DNA from: Mobula hypostoma
Lineage: Eukaryota
DNA length: 64,000 nt
Direction: 5' to 3'
Assembly (NCBI RefSeq): GCF_963921235.1
Contig: NC_086097.1
Location: 153,204,001-153,268,000 of the forward strand
The position numbers and the translations under genes are program-made. The notes under the pieces were generated by a model. The model was not told the DNA's origin and searched no databases. It was given only the letters and a program-made list of their open reading frames with translations. Below are positions 36,933 through 50,062 of this stretch, piece after piece. Position 1 is the stretch's first letter; every line of letters begins with the position of its first letter.

Positions 36933-39900
36933 GAGGTGATGATTAAGTTCAAAGAAATGGAAATAACAAAGAAACAGGGCATGGAAGGAGATACTATAGT
37001 TTTCTGATAGAGTTGAAATCAGAGATTAGATGCAATTAAGTGTTCTTGTTGGAAGGAAAAACGTGAACAGGAATACACAATGGAAAAGTGCTGAGGTTCC
37101 TGGTGAGAAATAAAAACACATAGGGGATTAAAGTTATTAAGCTTCATATAGAGGAATATTCCTATGAAATTGAGTTGTAGCTTCTCAGAGATCTTGATAT
37201 CCATTTATTAGGCTTGAGTTTGGTACTGCACATATATTCAGCTTTTATCCAGGCTCATTACTTTCTCTTTGCTTTAATATTCTACCCCTTCTGAGATAAA
37301 ACCTAGAATTCTATTAGCTTTGCTTGTGCAGTCTCTTCACTATAGGTGGTACCTTTAATGTTTTCTGAACCTGTATCAATAAATCCCTCTGCACTTCCTT
37401 GCAGTTCAGCCTACTTCCAATTGGAATATAAATACTGTAATATTTTCCATCTTGCACTTTTTGGTTCATTCCTCCCTCTTGTTACTATTACTGAGACTTG
37501 AGTGCGCTGACCATAAGATTAGAATCAATCCACTGAGATTATTTCCCTGTGGGAGTGAATGCTAAAAGGAATTAGGATTTTTTTGTAGTCGAAGATAATG
37601 TAATGCAGACTCTTGGGAATGTTGCCTGGTTGGAGAATACATAAATATGATTAAAGGTAATGAAGAATTTTGTCTTACTTTCATTAGGACATCGCTCTTT
37701 TTGAGCAAGAATAGCAAAAGATATTTTAAGTTATGAAGGCTTTGATAAATTAGATAGGAGCAGATAGCCTTTAACATTCTAGAGGTTATACATGAGGGAC
37801 AATAGATGCAAGATTAAATGTATGTTAATTAAAACAGAGGGCAGGAGGGTTCACATAGAAAGCATCAGCATGTTTGACAGGACACATCAAAACCTAATGA
37901 TGAGGTGTGGCTAATTTAAAGTAAGAATGTGGTTAGACATATCTTTATGACAGATGTTATTAGAGCAAGGAAGTTATACTGAAAAGAAATGACGATGAGG
38001 AAACTATTGCACCTATTAAGAAACAACCGATTTACATAGGAAGTAAGGCACAAATCTATAGGAAGGAGGGCAATGATTTCATCTTGAGTTATCCAGATTT
38101 TGAAATCCTTGCTCAGTGTGAATTCTGGATGGATGTTGGGAAGTACTGACTGGAAAAGGGATACAATAGCAGGAAATCACCATACCGACTTAAAAGGGGG
38201 GAAAAAGTGATCTGATCCAGGAAGTGGGGAATGCAGCTGGAAATCTTTGAAGTGGGGAACTGCTTGGCCTGCTAAACGTTTTTCAATACTCCAGAATTGT
38301 TTATGAAGAACATTTTTTCACAGGAGTGGATGGTTGAAATGAAAATAAACAAAAAAATGTGTGTGGAGAATGAGGTGGTAATACCCTCATGTTGCTTTAA
38401 CTTGACCATTCATTTACCATTAGTCAGGCAGACACAATATTAGGACTTAAAATTGATGTACTGGGGCATTTGAATACTATCTAAAGAAAGCTTTTCTCTG
38501 ATTAACAAAGCATCAGGAAAGCAATGTATAGGCAAGCTGTACCAATTAACATGGAAATGAAGAGTACTAAGGTAATGAACAACTTCATGAAATGATCCCG
38601 GTCAGACCTGAAAACCTCAGATCACTATGCTATCAACAATGCTTTAAATGAAATTGAATTCAGTGCAAGAATCAATTCCATTTGAAATTGACATGATGTG
38701 CAGTTTTAGCAAAGCATGCTACTTTTCTTGATGACTGCCACTGATAGCCACTTATGATCATTGATTCCCCTTGCAATCTTCAGCAACCTTTGTGTTCACC
38801 AGCAGACCACTTTTCAGCATGAGATCCTGCTACACTGCATTCACTGGCCTCCGAGATCAGACCCACTAAGTTAAAGCCTCCCGATCAGCAGCTCTCTCCT
38901 GCAAAAAGATACTGCCACGTCACCCCATTATACACTCAGGGCCCCCTTTATTACGTATTTCCTATACCTAATAAAGTTGCCACTGAGTGTTTGCTCATGA
39001 TCTTCTGCTGCTGTAGGTATACATTCACTTACATATACAACTTCCCTTCCAAGCAGAAAATAAACACCATACAGTCAAGTAACTAATTACCTTCAACAAA
39101 TTGTAAAATTAACTAAATATTTACAGCGATCTATATGAACAGTCATAAATGTAACCAGTTATAAGTTTACTCAATCTCAACCTGTGGGCAAAACTCTTTA
39201 CTACAAGCTGTACTTAACATTGCTGAAGTGTTTACTTCAGGCATTAGTGACTATAATAAAGCACCTCCTCATGTGGATCTCAGACACATTTGATTTGACG
39301 TCCTGCTCCAGAATTGTTGCAATATAATTAACTCTATAACTGAACACATTGTTTTACTTGCTCTGGACCTTGTAAATGTCACCTTTAGGGAAGTACATGG
39401 TTTGCATAAATTTTAACACTTTTAATAATGTTTAATTAATAACTACAAACAATGTATTTGGCATTCAGCTGGAGGCCATGTATTCAATGGGAATAGTTAT
39501 TCTTTATAACAATCACCATCTTCTTGACTTTGTTCTGTCTTGTATCCTAGTGGAGGGGACTGTCTCACGAGTCAACATCCATTATCAAATATCTCAAGAT
39601 TCAAGATTGTTTAATATCAGTTTCAGTACACAAGGAGAACAAAATAATTGTTACTCTGGATCTGATGCAGCATAAAAAACACAATAAGATAAATAACACA
39701 ATAATAAAAAACACAAAAAATATAAATGCATAAGATAGCATTGATTGTACGTCCATAAAGAGATGCTAGGCATAGGAGTGTCTGTACATAAGGTGGCTCT
39801 GAATGGGACAAATCAATGGTTACGGAGAAAAACAGGAGAATGGGGTTGAGAGGGATAATAAATCAGCCATGATGGAATGGCAGAGCAGACTCGATGGGCC

Positions 39901-40068
39901 AAAAGGCCTAATTCTGCTCCTATGTATTATGGTCTTATGATCTAATGATCTAATTCAGCTCTTCAACCTCTTCAGAAATTAAAGACATTGGTAGGCTTTC
40001 CTGATTGTGTAGAATGTGTTCTGTGACCATGAGAGATTATGCAAGATGTGCACTACCAGGAGTTTGAA

Positions 40069-40408
40069 GGATGTCCTTGTCAACGTGCTCCTGGGGCTGG
40101 CGAAAACAGCCATCCGTGGGTCTTGGAAACGGGTCGCGGGAGGATCTGCTTGGGTAGACTGCCTGGCAATGTTTAGGGAGTATATTCCTGCCCAGGTAAA
40201 TATTGAGAAGGAACACGCACAGTCCACGGCGACCTTAGAGGTGTTCTGAGACCGTTGGGCTCTGTGGGGGGTAGTTGCCATCATTGACAGAGATGGAAAC
40301 ATTTTAGTTTAATATGTATTGCCTATTTATAGTGAAGTAATTGCGTCAGTCACTGTTTTGTATATATAACACTGAATTTGTAATAAAGATATTTTGTATA
40401 TATAAAAA
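40069..40408 (+). mobile_element. Tx1-group (L1 clade) 3' end inserted in a Rex1 remnant
   Basis: DVLVNVLLGLAKTAIRGSWK...EKEHA...F.DRWA C-terminal motif, AATAAA and short A tail; TSD AGGAGTTTGAA at 40058-40068 and 40409-40419. Confidence 0.8.
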
Positions 40409-40494
40409 AGGAGTTTGAAAGTGCTTGCAGTTTCCACTGCTGTGCCATTGATGTTGTGACGGGTGTGAGTGGTACAATCTTCACTATCATATTG

Positions 40495-41377
40495 CAACTA
40501 CCATTTTGCAGGAGGTACAGAAATCTTAAGTCCCACACCTCCAGGTTCAATAACGGCTACTTCCTTCAATCATTTGGTGCTTGAACCAAACAGCAAAACC
40601 TTCAGTACCATGATAATTTAGCAACACTACAACCACTTTGATCACTTTGCACTGAAATTGACTTTTATTGTTCTAATGTTTTTTTTCCTGTAAAACTTAC
40701 ATATAACCTCTGATTCATTTATGTTTTTCTTGGGAATGGTGCTTATACAGTAGAATGCTATATGTTGGTGATGCTGCTACAAGTAATTTTTTCTTTGCAT
40801 TTACGTATATGACAATAAATTTGACTTTGACTTCATTATTTTTCCCTCTGCACCATTGAAAGCATTCTATACAGATGTGTCACAGCTTAGTATGCCAACA
40901 ACTCTGCCCAAGACTGCAACAAACTGCTGAGAGTTTTGGACACAGCTCAATCCATCATGAAAACCATCCTTTAATCCATGCACTCTGTCTATACTTCCTG
41001 CTATATTGGGAAAGCAACCAACATAATTAAAGACTGCTCCCAATCTTTGTACATTCTTTCCTCTCTCACCCTTCCACACCCTGGCCATTAGGTAGAAGAT
41101 ATAAGACCTTGAAAACCTGGGCCACCAAGCTCAACAACAGCTTCTATCCCACTGTTATAAAACACTCAAATGTATCTCTTGTACAGTAATGATGAACTTT
41201 TGGCCTCAGAATTTACATAGCCATTGCCCTTGCATCTTATTGTCTAGCTGCATTGCATATTTTTTTACAACAGTAAAACAATATTCTGCTTACTGTCACT
41301 GCTTTTACCTTAAGTACTATTATCTATGTGGATGGCATGCAAAAGAAATAGTTTTCACTATGTCTTGGCATATGTGA
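40495..41377 (+). mobile_element. Two tandem Rex1/Babar 3' fragments
   Basis: GCAGGAGGTACAG...CACCTCCAGGTTCAA; GACAATAAATTTGACTTTGACTT tail near 40830; second copy begins CACCATTGAAAGCATTCT. Confidence 0.65.
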
Positions 41378-42899
41378 TTTCCAAATAATCATGTTGGACT
41401 CTCCACTTATGTACCTCAGTTCCAGTTTAATGAACGGGCCACTGCTACTTCATTTTTCATTTCAATAAATACAATGCCCTGGAATTCTTGGTGAACTCAT
41501 GCGTTGGGTATTACAAAATCTATGGAACCCTTGAAGATTGTGTTGAGGTCACCCAGCATTATTTTGTGTGAAAGATTCTTAACAGACAGTGTTCTGCAAG
41601 CACCTGCTGGGCTGTGTTCGCAGCCTCATCACATTTTTTTTTTGCTTAATAATAATAATGTTACTTCTTAACTGCCTCACCCAATTGAGGGGACATTATT
41701 TGAACTTTGCACTCCAGGCATTGTGTAATAGTTTTACTTCTCCACGTCACTGATCTTCATATCCGAAACCTCATGTTCAACTGATGATTACTGTCATTTT
41801 ATAAAGATTAGCTATTTTATATCATCTTGGTTATATATATTTTTTTTTCTTTTTTAATATATCGAATGATATAATTCAATGCAATATAACACAATGATTT
41901 GATTCAGTTTCCTTGGGATGTTGCAGTGAAGACTTTGCTTTTTCCAGACACCCAGCCACAGTTTTTCTTAAACAAACCTTGCACTCATTCTTAGGGAGTA
42001 TTCTGGAGTTATGTGAATAGAGCAGATATTAATTCAACAGGAAGCAGGCTTCAGTTCACCTTGCAAATGTAAATATGTTCTGGAAACTTGCAATTAGTCT
42101 TCAGTTTTTTTGTAAATTGCAAGCAGTAAATTGAAGTTAAAACGCATGTAAATATTAAAACAATAGGTTTGTGTTAATCGGCTTGCTTCAAACCAGTCAA
42201 CATGATTTAGTAATTTGCACCATAGTGACTTGAGTGCTTGCTGACAGACCACACGGATGTTGTCACTTAGCATATCAAACATGCTCACAGGTATAGGTAA
42301 TCAATAGTTTTTGTGTACTTACCATATTTGTCTACTCAGAGGCAGCCCTGAAAACATTCATTCTGGGCGTCTGGCTCTCTGTCATCAAAAGGTTTTGGAA
42401 TATTTGTGTTAATTAGTTTCTCCCAAAGGCATCTGAACCTTCAGAGATGTCTTATCAATCAAAATGTGCTTCCACTAGGAATCCCAAAGGGGCCATTGTC
42501 AACCTGAAGTATTGAAGTAAACTATTGAAATTATATTGAATCACCTAATATTAACTTTGATCTTAAGGGTATAGAAATGTGAATTATTGAGAGTATCTCC
42601 AGAATGAGGCCCGATTGTTGATCTGAATCAGGACTTCAATATCACCAGACATTGAAAGACTTCAATATCACAGTCACAACAACGCTCATTAAGATGGCTC
42701 AAGCAGAAATCTGCAAGCCCTTCCTTAGAGTGTTTTGATAGTTGGAGTGTCCTTAGAGCACTTGACCAGTGGCTGCTTGGTCATAGTCAGTATACCCTGG
42801 AATATGAGTGGCTTCTACGTCATCCTGATGCTCAAAACGATGATCTTTTCAAAACCACAGCCCCTTGAGCCAGTCCTTTGATCCCTGACTTTTGGTCAT

Positions 42900-44040
42900 A
42901 GACAATAAGTCCAATATGTGAACAAGTAATAGCAGAAAATTTCTGAAAATCATGAGACAATCATATAGAATCAACATGATTTAATGAATTGGAAATAATG
43001 TTTGATAAAGTTGTTGATATTTTGAGAATGTGACCAATAGGGTAGATAAAGAGGAAACAGCAATGTATTTGGATTTCCAAAATTTATTCAGTAAACTACC
43101 ATATAATAGGATATTGCACACAATAAAAATCAGCAATGTTTATGAGAAGATATTGACTTGAATAGAGGCTTTACCATTTAAAAGAAAACAAGGAAGAGTC
43201 AAGATAAACATGTAACATTTAGATTATAGTCAATAACTACCTAGTAACGCAATGATCAGTGCTAAGGCCTCAATTATTGTAATGTACTTCGATGACATCA
43301 TGGTAGAGATAGATTGTAGCTAAATTTGCTGTATGTAAAAATAGATGGATTGGTAAGTTGTATAAAGGATGCAAGGAACTTGAAAAGGCTTATAGAAAAT
43401 TCAGTGAAAATGGGCAAGGAGCTGGCAAGTACAATATGACATGAGAAAATGTGAGGATATTCAATCAGAAAGAAGAACTGAAATAATAAATTATATGGAA
43501 TGAGATTGCAAAGTTTGAAGCTATGCAAAATGTTGTTTTGGCCACATTTGGAGAATTGTGTACAGTTCTGGTTATTGTACAAAAGGAAAGATAAAGCATC
43601 ATTAGAAATACTGCAGAAGATATACACTTGGATGTTACCTTGGATATAGGGTTTTAGGAACATGGAGAAATTGGATGGACTAGACTGGGTTTTCACTGGT
43701 GTTTATAGATCTTTATAGAATGGCAACTATGGTAGATAGACAGAATCTTTTCCCACCGTAGGGAGTCTAGAACTATAGGTGAGAGGGAAGGCATTTTATA
43801 GAGACCTGAGAGGCAAGTTTTTCATATAGCAGGTGGTGGGTATATGAAATAAGCTGCCACAGGAGGTGGTAAAATAGAATCATTTTAACATTTGAAATGT
43901 ATTTGTACAAGTACACAGATAAGAAGGTTCAGAAGGAAATGGGCCTAATGCAAGCAAATGAGATAGATTAGCATAGGTAAGCATCGTGATCAACATGGAC
44001 ACGTTGAAATGAAGGGTCATTTCAGTGCTGAACTGTCCAG
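42900..44040 (+). mobile_element. Old CR1 RT and 3' remnant
   Basis: TATTTGGATTTCCAAAA (YLDFQ), AAATTTGC, CCACATTTGGAGAATTGTGTACAGTTCTGG. Confidence 0.7.
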
Positions 44041-44109
44041 TAACTATTTGACTCAGTTCAAAGTGACCTATAGCTCCTTAGGCATATAATTGGGTTGATT
44101 GGGTTGTTC

Positions 44110-45020
44110 AGTAAGCAACAAGGAAGACTGGTGGATGCAGCCCAGTCTATTGCAAGAAAAACCTTCCCCTCCATTGAGCACGTCTACAAGGAGCACTATC
44201 ACAATAAAGCAGAATCAATCATCACGGATGCCACCATCCAGGCTAAGCTCTCTTCTCACTGCTTCCATCAGGAAGGAGACACAGGAGCCTTGGTTCCTGT
44301 ACTACCAGGTTTAGAATTGTTATTACCCTAAAACCCTCAGGCTCCTGAGCCAGTATGGATAACCCCACTCACCTCAATTCTGAACTGATTCCACAACTTA
44401 CAGGCTTACTTTTAAGGACTTTACAACTCATGTTCTCAGTACTTATTTATTTATTTACTTACTTTTGTTTGTTTATTTCTATTACTTTGAATTTGTACAG
44501 ATTGTCTTCTTTTGCACATATATGTTTGTCTATCTTTGTGTGTGGTTGAAGAGGATAATTAGCTCCTTGGTCTTGCAGACATTGAGTGAGTAGTTGTTAT
44601 GGCACCACTCAGCCAGATTTTCAGTCTATCACCAAATGCTGATTCATTACCATCTTTGGTTTGGCCTGCGACACTGGTATCATCAGCAGACTTGAATATG
44701 GTGTGCTTAGACACACAGTCATAAGTGTAAAGTGAGTAGAGCAGAGGGTTAAGCCCATGCTGATGGAGATCATGAAGGAGATGTTGCCAATCTAAACTGA
44801 CTGGGGTCTGCAAGTGAGGAAATCGAGGATCTAATTGCACAAGAATGTATTGATGCCCAAGGTTTTGAACATTATTGATCAGTTTTGAGGGGATGATAGC
44901 ATTGAACGCTGAGCTGTAGTCGGTAAAAAGAATCCTGATGTATGCACTTTTGCTGTCCAGATGTTCCAGGATTGAGTGAAGAGATAAGGAGATGACATCT
45001 GCTGTGGACCTGTTGCTCTG
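44110..45020. mobile_element. Rex1/Babar fragments (+ strand 44110-44545, - strand 44553-45020)
   Basis: RLVDAAQSIARKTFPSIEHVY on +; PLLYSLYTYDCV...IFKSADDTSVAG on -. Confidence 0.75.
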
Positions 45021-46260
45021 GCAGCAACCATCTATACCAATCCCATTTGACTTTACTGAGTCTGTATCCTTATAACTTCACTATTCAATTACCTGTCTAA
45101 ATGCCTCTTACATATAATTGTATCTGACTCCACTATCTCCAAAGGCAGTAAGTTCCAGATATCAACAACACTTTGTGTGGAAAAACTTACTCTCAGATCC
45201 CTTTTAAAACTCCATCTTCTCATCTTAACCCAAGCCATCATTTGATGACCCTGCTATGGGAAAAGGATTCTGATTATCTACCCTGTTTCCCTCTTTATAA
45301 TTTTGTATACATTCACCTTTCAGCTCCTTCATTCCAAGAAAAAAAATCAAGCCTAGTCTATCCAATTCCTCTATTTAATAAATCCTCCACTTCAGACAAG
45401 AGTCTGATGTATCTCTGCTGCACCCTCCCTGGGTGAATCAGACAAATGATGAAGAACATGACCGGTATACCGGTACAGGAACATAAGGATTCTGTGCGAG
45501 ATTGACATTGTTGATGCTGCGGGGATATAACTCCTTCTGGGGTTATCTAGAACGAGGGTCATAATTTCAGAATATAATTACAGCTGCTAATTTCAGATGG
45601 AGATGAAGAAAAAATTCTTCTCTCAGAGGTTTTGACTGTTTGGAATGTTGTGGCCTAATACTAATAGTAGAGCCATTGAAATTATTTAAAGTGTAGAAAT
45701 GCAGATAATTGAAAAACAAAGGGTATGAGGAAAGCTTAGGAAAGTGGCTTCGAGACCACATATAGATCAAACATAGTCTTCATGAACAGTAAATCAGGCG
45801 CGAGGTAAATGGTAAATCAGTTTACCCTTTTTTATGTTCTTATATATATGGGCCCATTACTCATCCAAGGCTAAGCCATGCTGTTCCTCTACCATCCTCT
45901 TTGACCCTGTATTGCTATACTGTTTGGCCTTCATGCAACCTATCACAGACTATCTCTTTTGTTTTAACTGATACTGTGGGCCTTAAAGCTTACTTTACCT
46001 CCAAATGTCCTAGTTTTGGTAAAAGATAATTGACCTGTGGTGTTAATTTTGCTTATCTTTCCATGCATGCTGCTGAGCTCTGTACACTTGAGCACCACCT
46101 GTTTTACTTTTAATGTTCTAAAAGGAGCTTCTCAGATTCTGTTTGTTTCACAATGAACCAAATTCTAATTCTACATTAGTTCACTCCAAATTGGCATGCT
46201 TGATGCTGATTGCCTGAGTTGTGAAATAGAATGGATTTTGACTTTCTGAAATAGTGTAAC

Positions 46261-48671
46261 CATCCCTCTAGAGGAAGGGGTTTAGATGGGGTGGAATTTG
46301 TTATGTGTGTTCAGGAAGGTTTCTTGACACAATATGTAGATAAGCCTACAAAAGGAGAGGCTGTACTTGATTTGGTATTGGGAAACGAACCTGGTCAGGT
46401 GTTAGGTCTCTCGTGGGAGAGCATTTTGGAGATAGTGATCATAATTCTATCTCCTTTACAATAACATTAGAGAGAGATAAGAACAGACAAGTTCCAAAAG
46501 TGTTTAATTGGAGTAAGGGGAATTATGGGGCTATCAGGCAGGAACTGGGAAGATTAAATTGGGAACAGATGTTCTCAGGGAAAGGTATGGAAGAAATGTG
46601 GCAAATGTTCAGAGGATATTTGGGTGGAGTTCTGCATAGGTACATTCCAATAAGACAGGGAAGTTATGGTAGGGTACAGGAACCGTGGTGTACAAAGGCT
46701 GTAGTAAATTTAGTCAAGAAAAAAAGAAAAGCTTACAAAAGGTTCAGAGAGCTGGGTAACGTTAGAGATATAGAAGATTATAAGGCTAACAGGAAGGACT
46801 TAAGAAGGAAATTAGGAGAGCCAGAAGGGACCATGAGAAGGCCTTGGCAGGCAGGATTAAGGAAAACCCCAAGGCATTCTACAAGTATGTGAAGAACAAG
46901 AGGATAAAATGTGAAAGGATAGGACCTATCAAGTGTGACAGTGGGAAAGTGTGTATGGAACCGGAGGAAATAGCAGAGGTACTTAATGAATATTTCACTT
47001 CAGTATTAACTATGGAAAAGGATCTTTGTGATTGTAGTGATGACTTGAAGCGGACTGAAAAGTTTGAGCATGTAGATATTAAGAAAGAGGATGTGCTGGA
47101 GCTTTTGGAAAACATCAAGTTGGATAAGTCACCGGGACCAGATGAGATGTACCCCAGGCTACTGTGGGAGGCGAGGGAGGAGATTGCTGAGCCTCTGGCT
47201 ATGATCTTTACATCATCAATGGGGACAGGAGATGTTCCGGAGGATTGGAGGGTTGCAGATGTTGCTCCCTTATTCAAGAAAGGGAGTAGAGATAGCCCAG
47301 AAAATTATAGAACAGTGAGTCTTACTTCAGTGGTTGGTAAGTTCATGGAGAAGATCCTGAGAGGCAGGATTTATAAACTTTTTGAGAGGTATAATATGAT
47401 TAGGAATAGTCAGCATGGCTTTGTCAAGGGCAGGTCGTGCCTTACAAACCTGATTGAATTTTTTGAGGATGTGACTAAACACATTGATGAAGAAAGAGCA
47501 GCAGATGTATGGATTTCAGCAAGGCATTTGATAAGGTACCCCATGCAAGGCTTATTATGAAAGTAAGGAGGTATGGGATCCAAGGGGACATTGCTTTGTT
47601 GATCTAGAACTGGCTTGCTCACAGAAGGCAAAGGGTGCTTGTAGATGGGTCATATTCTGCATGGAGGTCGGTGACCAGTGGTGTGCCTGGGAGATCTGTT
47701 CTGGGACCCTTACTCTTCGTGATTTTAATAAATGACCTGGATGAGGAAGTGGAGGGATGGGTTAGTATGTTTGCTGATGACATAAAGGTTGGGAGTGTTG
47801 TAGATAGTGTGGAGGGCTATCAGAGGTTACAGCAGGACATTGATAGGTTGCAAAACTGGGCTGAGAAGTGGCAGATGCAGTTCAACCCAGATAAGTGTGA
47901 AGTGGTTCATTTTGGTAGGTCAAATATGATTGCAGAATATAGTATTAATGGTAAGACCCTTGGCAGTGTGGAGGATTGGGGGATCTTGGGGTTCAAGTCC
48001 ATAGGACACTCAAAGCAGCTGCACAGGTTGACTCTGTGGTTAAGAAGGCATACAGTGTATTGGCCTTCGTCAACCGTGGGATTGAGTTTAGGAGCCGAGA
48101 AGTAATGTTGCAGCTATATAGGACCCTACTCAGACCCCACTTGGAGTACTGTGCTCAGTTCTGGTCACCTCACTACAGGAAGGATTTGGAAACTATAGAA
48201 AGGGTGTAGAGGAGATTTACAAGGATGTTGCCTGGCTTGGCGAGCATGCCTTATGAAAACAGGCTTAGTGAACTCGGTCTTTTCTCCTTGGAGCGACGGA
48301 GGATGAGAGGTGACCTGATAGAGGTCTATAAGATGATGAGAGGCATTGATCATGTGGATACTCAGAGGCTTTATCCCAGGGCTGAAATGGCTGCCACAAG
48401 AGGGCACAGGTTTAAGGCGCTTGGGAGTAGATACAGAGGAGATGTTAGAGGTAAGTTTTTTATGCAGAGAGTGGTGAGTGCGTGGAATGGGCTGCCGGCA
48501 ACGGAGGCGGATATAATAGGGTCTTTTAAGAGACTTTTGGGTAGGTACATGGAGCTTAGGAAAATAGAGGGCTATGGGTAAACCTAGTAATTTCTAAGGT
48601 AGGGACATGTTCAGCACAACTTTGTGAGCCGAAGGGCCTGTATTGTGCTGTAGTTTTTCTATGTTTCTATG
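46261..48671 (+). mobile_element. CR1 (HER1-like) LINE, 2.4 kb, 5'-truncated in the endonuclease, frameshifted ORF2
   Basis: GEHFGDSDHNSI (APE end), KENPKAFYKY, KSPGPD, QHGFVKGRSCLTNL, MFADDIK, TTTCTATG tail; possible TSD TGTAAC. Confidence 0.93.
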
Positions 48672-49893
48672 TAACTAATATCAGTGTAGGCAGGTCTCCT
48701 GATTTTTATTTCCATTGCCCTCAATGGAAAAATGATCCATTCGTAGTCTTTGGTCACAATATCATATTAATTAAGACTCTGGTCGTGCAATTTAGACTTA
48801 CTTAAGCTGGTTCATTAAATAAATTCTGGAGTTAAAAAGTTGATTATTAATAATGGTGACTTGGATATTACCGAATTGTTGCATGTACAGCAAATGTTCT
48901 CTAATAGCCTGCAGAGCAGGAAATCTGATTTCCTTACCTTGGCTGGCATTTAAATGGTTCCACATCCAGCCCTCTGATGTATGTAAACCATTTAATTCAG
49001 GGACAATAACTGATATGCAATAAATGAATATCTTTTCAGTGGCACTTACCTAATCAGAATAAATTAATCTTGTCCCTCTCTTTGATAATTACGGAATTCA
49101 TATTTCAAATGCAAACCTGATACACATTTTTTCTTATTCACCTCAATCACAGGAAAAGTTACTTTGACAGTTAAGATAAATACAGGCTGTCAATGAGTTT
49201 TAGTGTTGGTCATCTTTGAAACTTGTAATCTTAATGCGAAGGCAGAGCAGAGTGAATAGAAAAGTAATGATGCATACACAACTTGTCAAAATACATCAGC
49301 CATTTCCAAGGAGAAACCGATGAATTTTGGCACTTATACATAGGAAGTGCTGAACTTTCATAACATATTTATATTCCACAATCAATAATATATTACTTAA
49401 TCATAGATACCTTGGCTCACTTTTCTCCAAACTTACCTCAAATTTTCACACATTTTATCCGCATGGTTTATGGGAATGGAATGTTGTGTAAATATTGTAA
49501 AAACATTTAAACATTTTTTTGATGAAAGTTTATACTAATCCTGGGAATGACATTTTCCCTTTCACAATTCCCTTCCTCCCTGAAGGTAAGATGAAGGTTC
49601 ATGAGTGTGATCTGTCCCTTCAGTTTCTATGCAAGAGGCTATTTTTCATCTTTGAGGTTGAGCAGGGATCATCATCAAGCTATTGATCATGTCAGTGCTT
49701 CACCATGATAATAGTCCTGTACTCACTTTCATCTCTAATGCACACTTTCAAGAAGGAGTCGCAGTAATTGAGAACACTGGGCTATACCACAGTTCCTTAC
49801 TGCCTTCCCGGTTGAGATTTCAATACAGACTGAAAGTAAACCCTTGGCTTTCTGTGTGCACTGCAACTGATAAGAATTTATAACAGTGATTAA

Positions 49894-50062
49894 TAAATTT
49901 AAGAATAAATTGGACAGATACATGGATGGGAGGTGTATGGAGGGATATGGTTCGTGTGCAGGTCAGTGGGACTAGGCAGAAAATGGATCGGCACAGCCAA
50001 GAAGGGCCAAAGGGCCTGTTTCTGTGCTGTAGTTTCTATGGTTCTATGGTTCTATGGTTCTA
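49894..50062 (+). mobile_element. Short CR1 3' end with (TTCTATGG)n tail
   Basis: TTTAAGAATAAATTGGACAGATACATGG...GGGCCAAAGGGCCTGTTTCTGTGCTGT; TSD TGATTAA. Confidence 0.8.

Noticed and set aside
49560..49600. Strong splice-donor-like GAAG/GTAAGA
   Set aside because: No convincing acceptor or recognisable coding exon upstream
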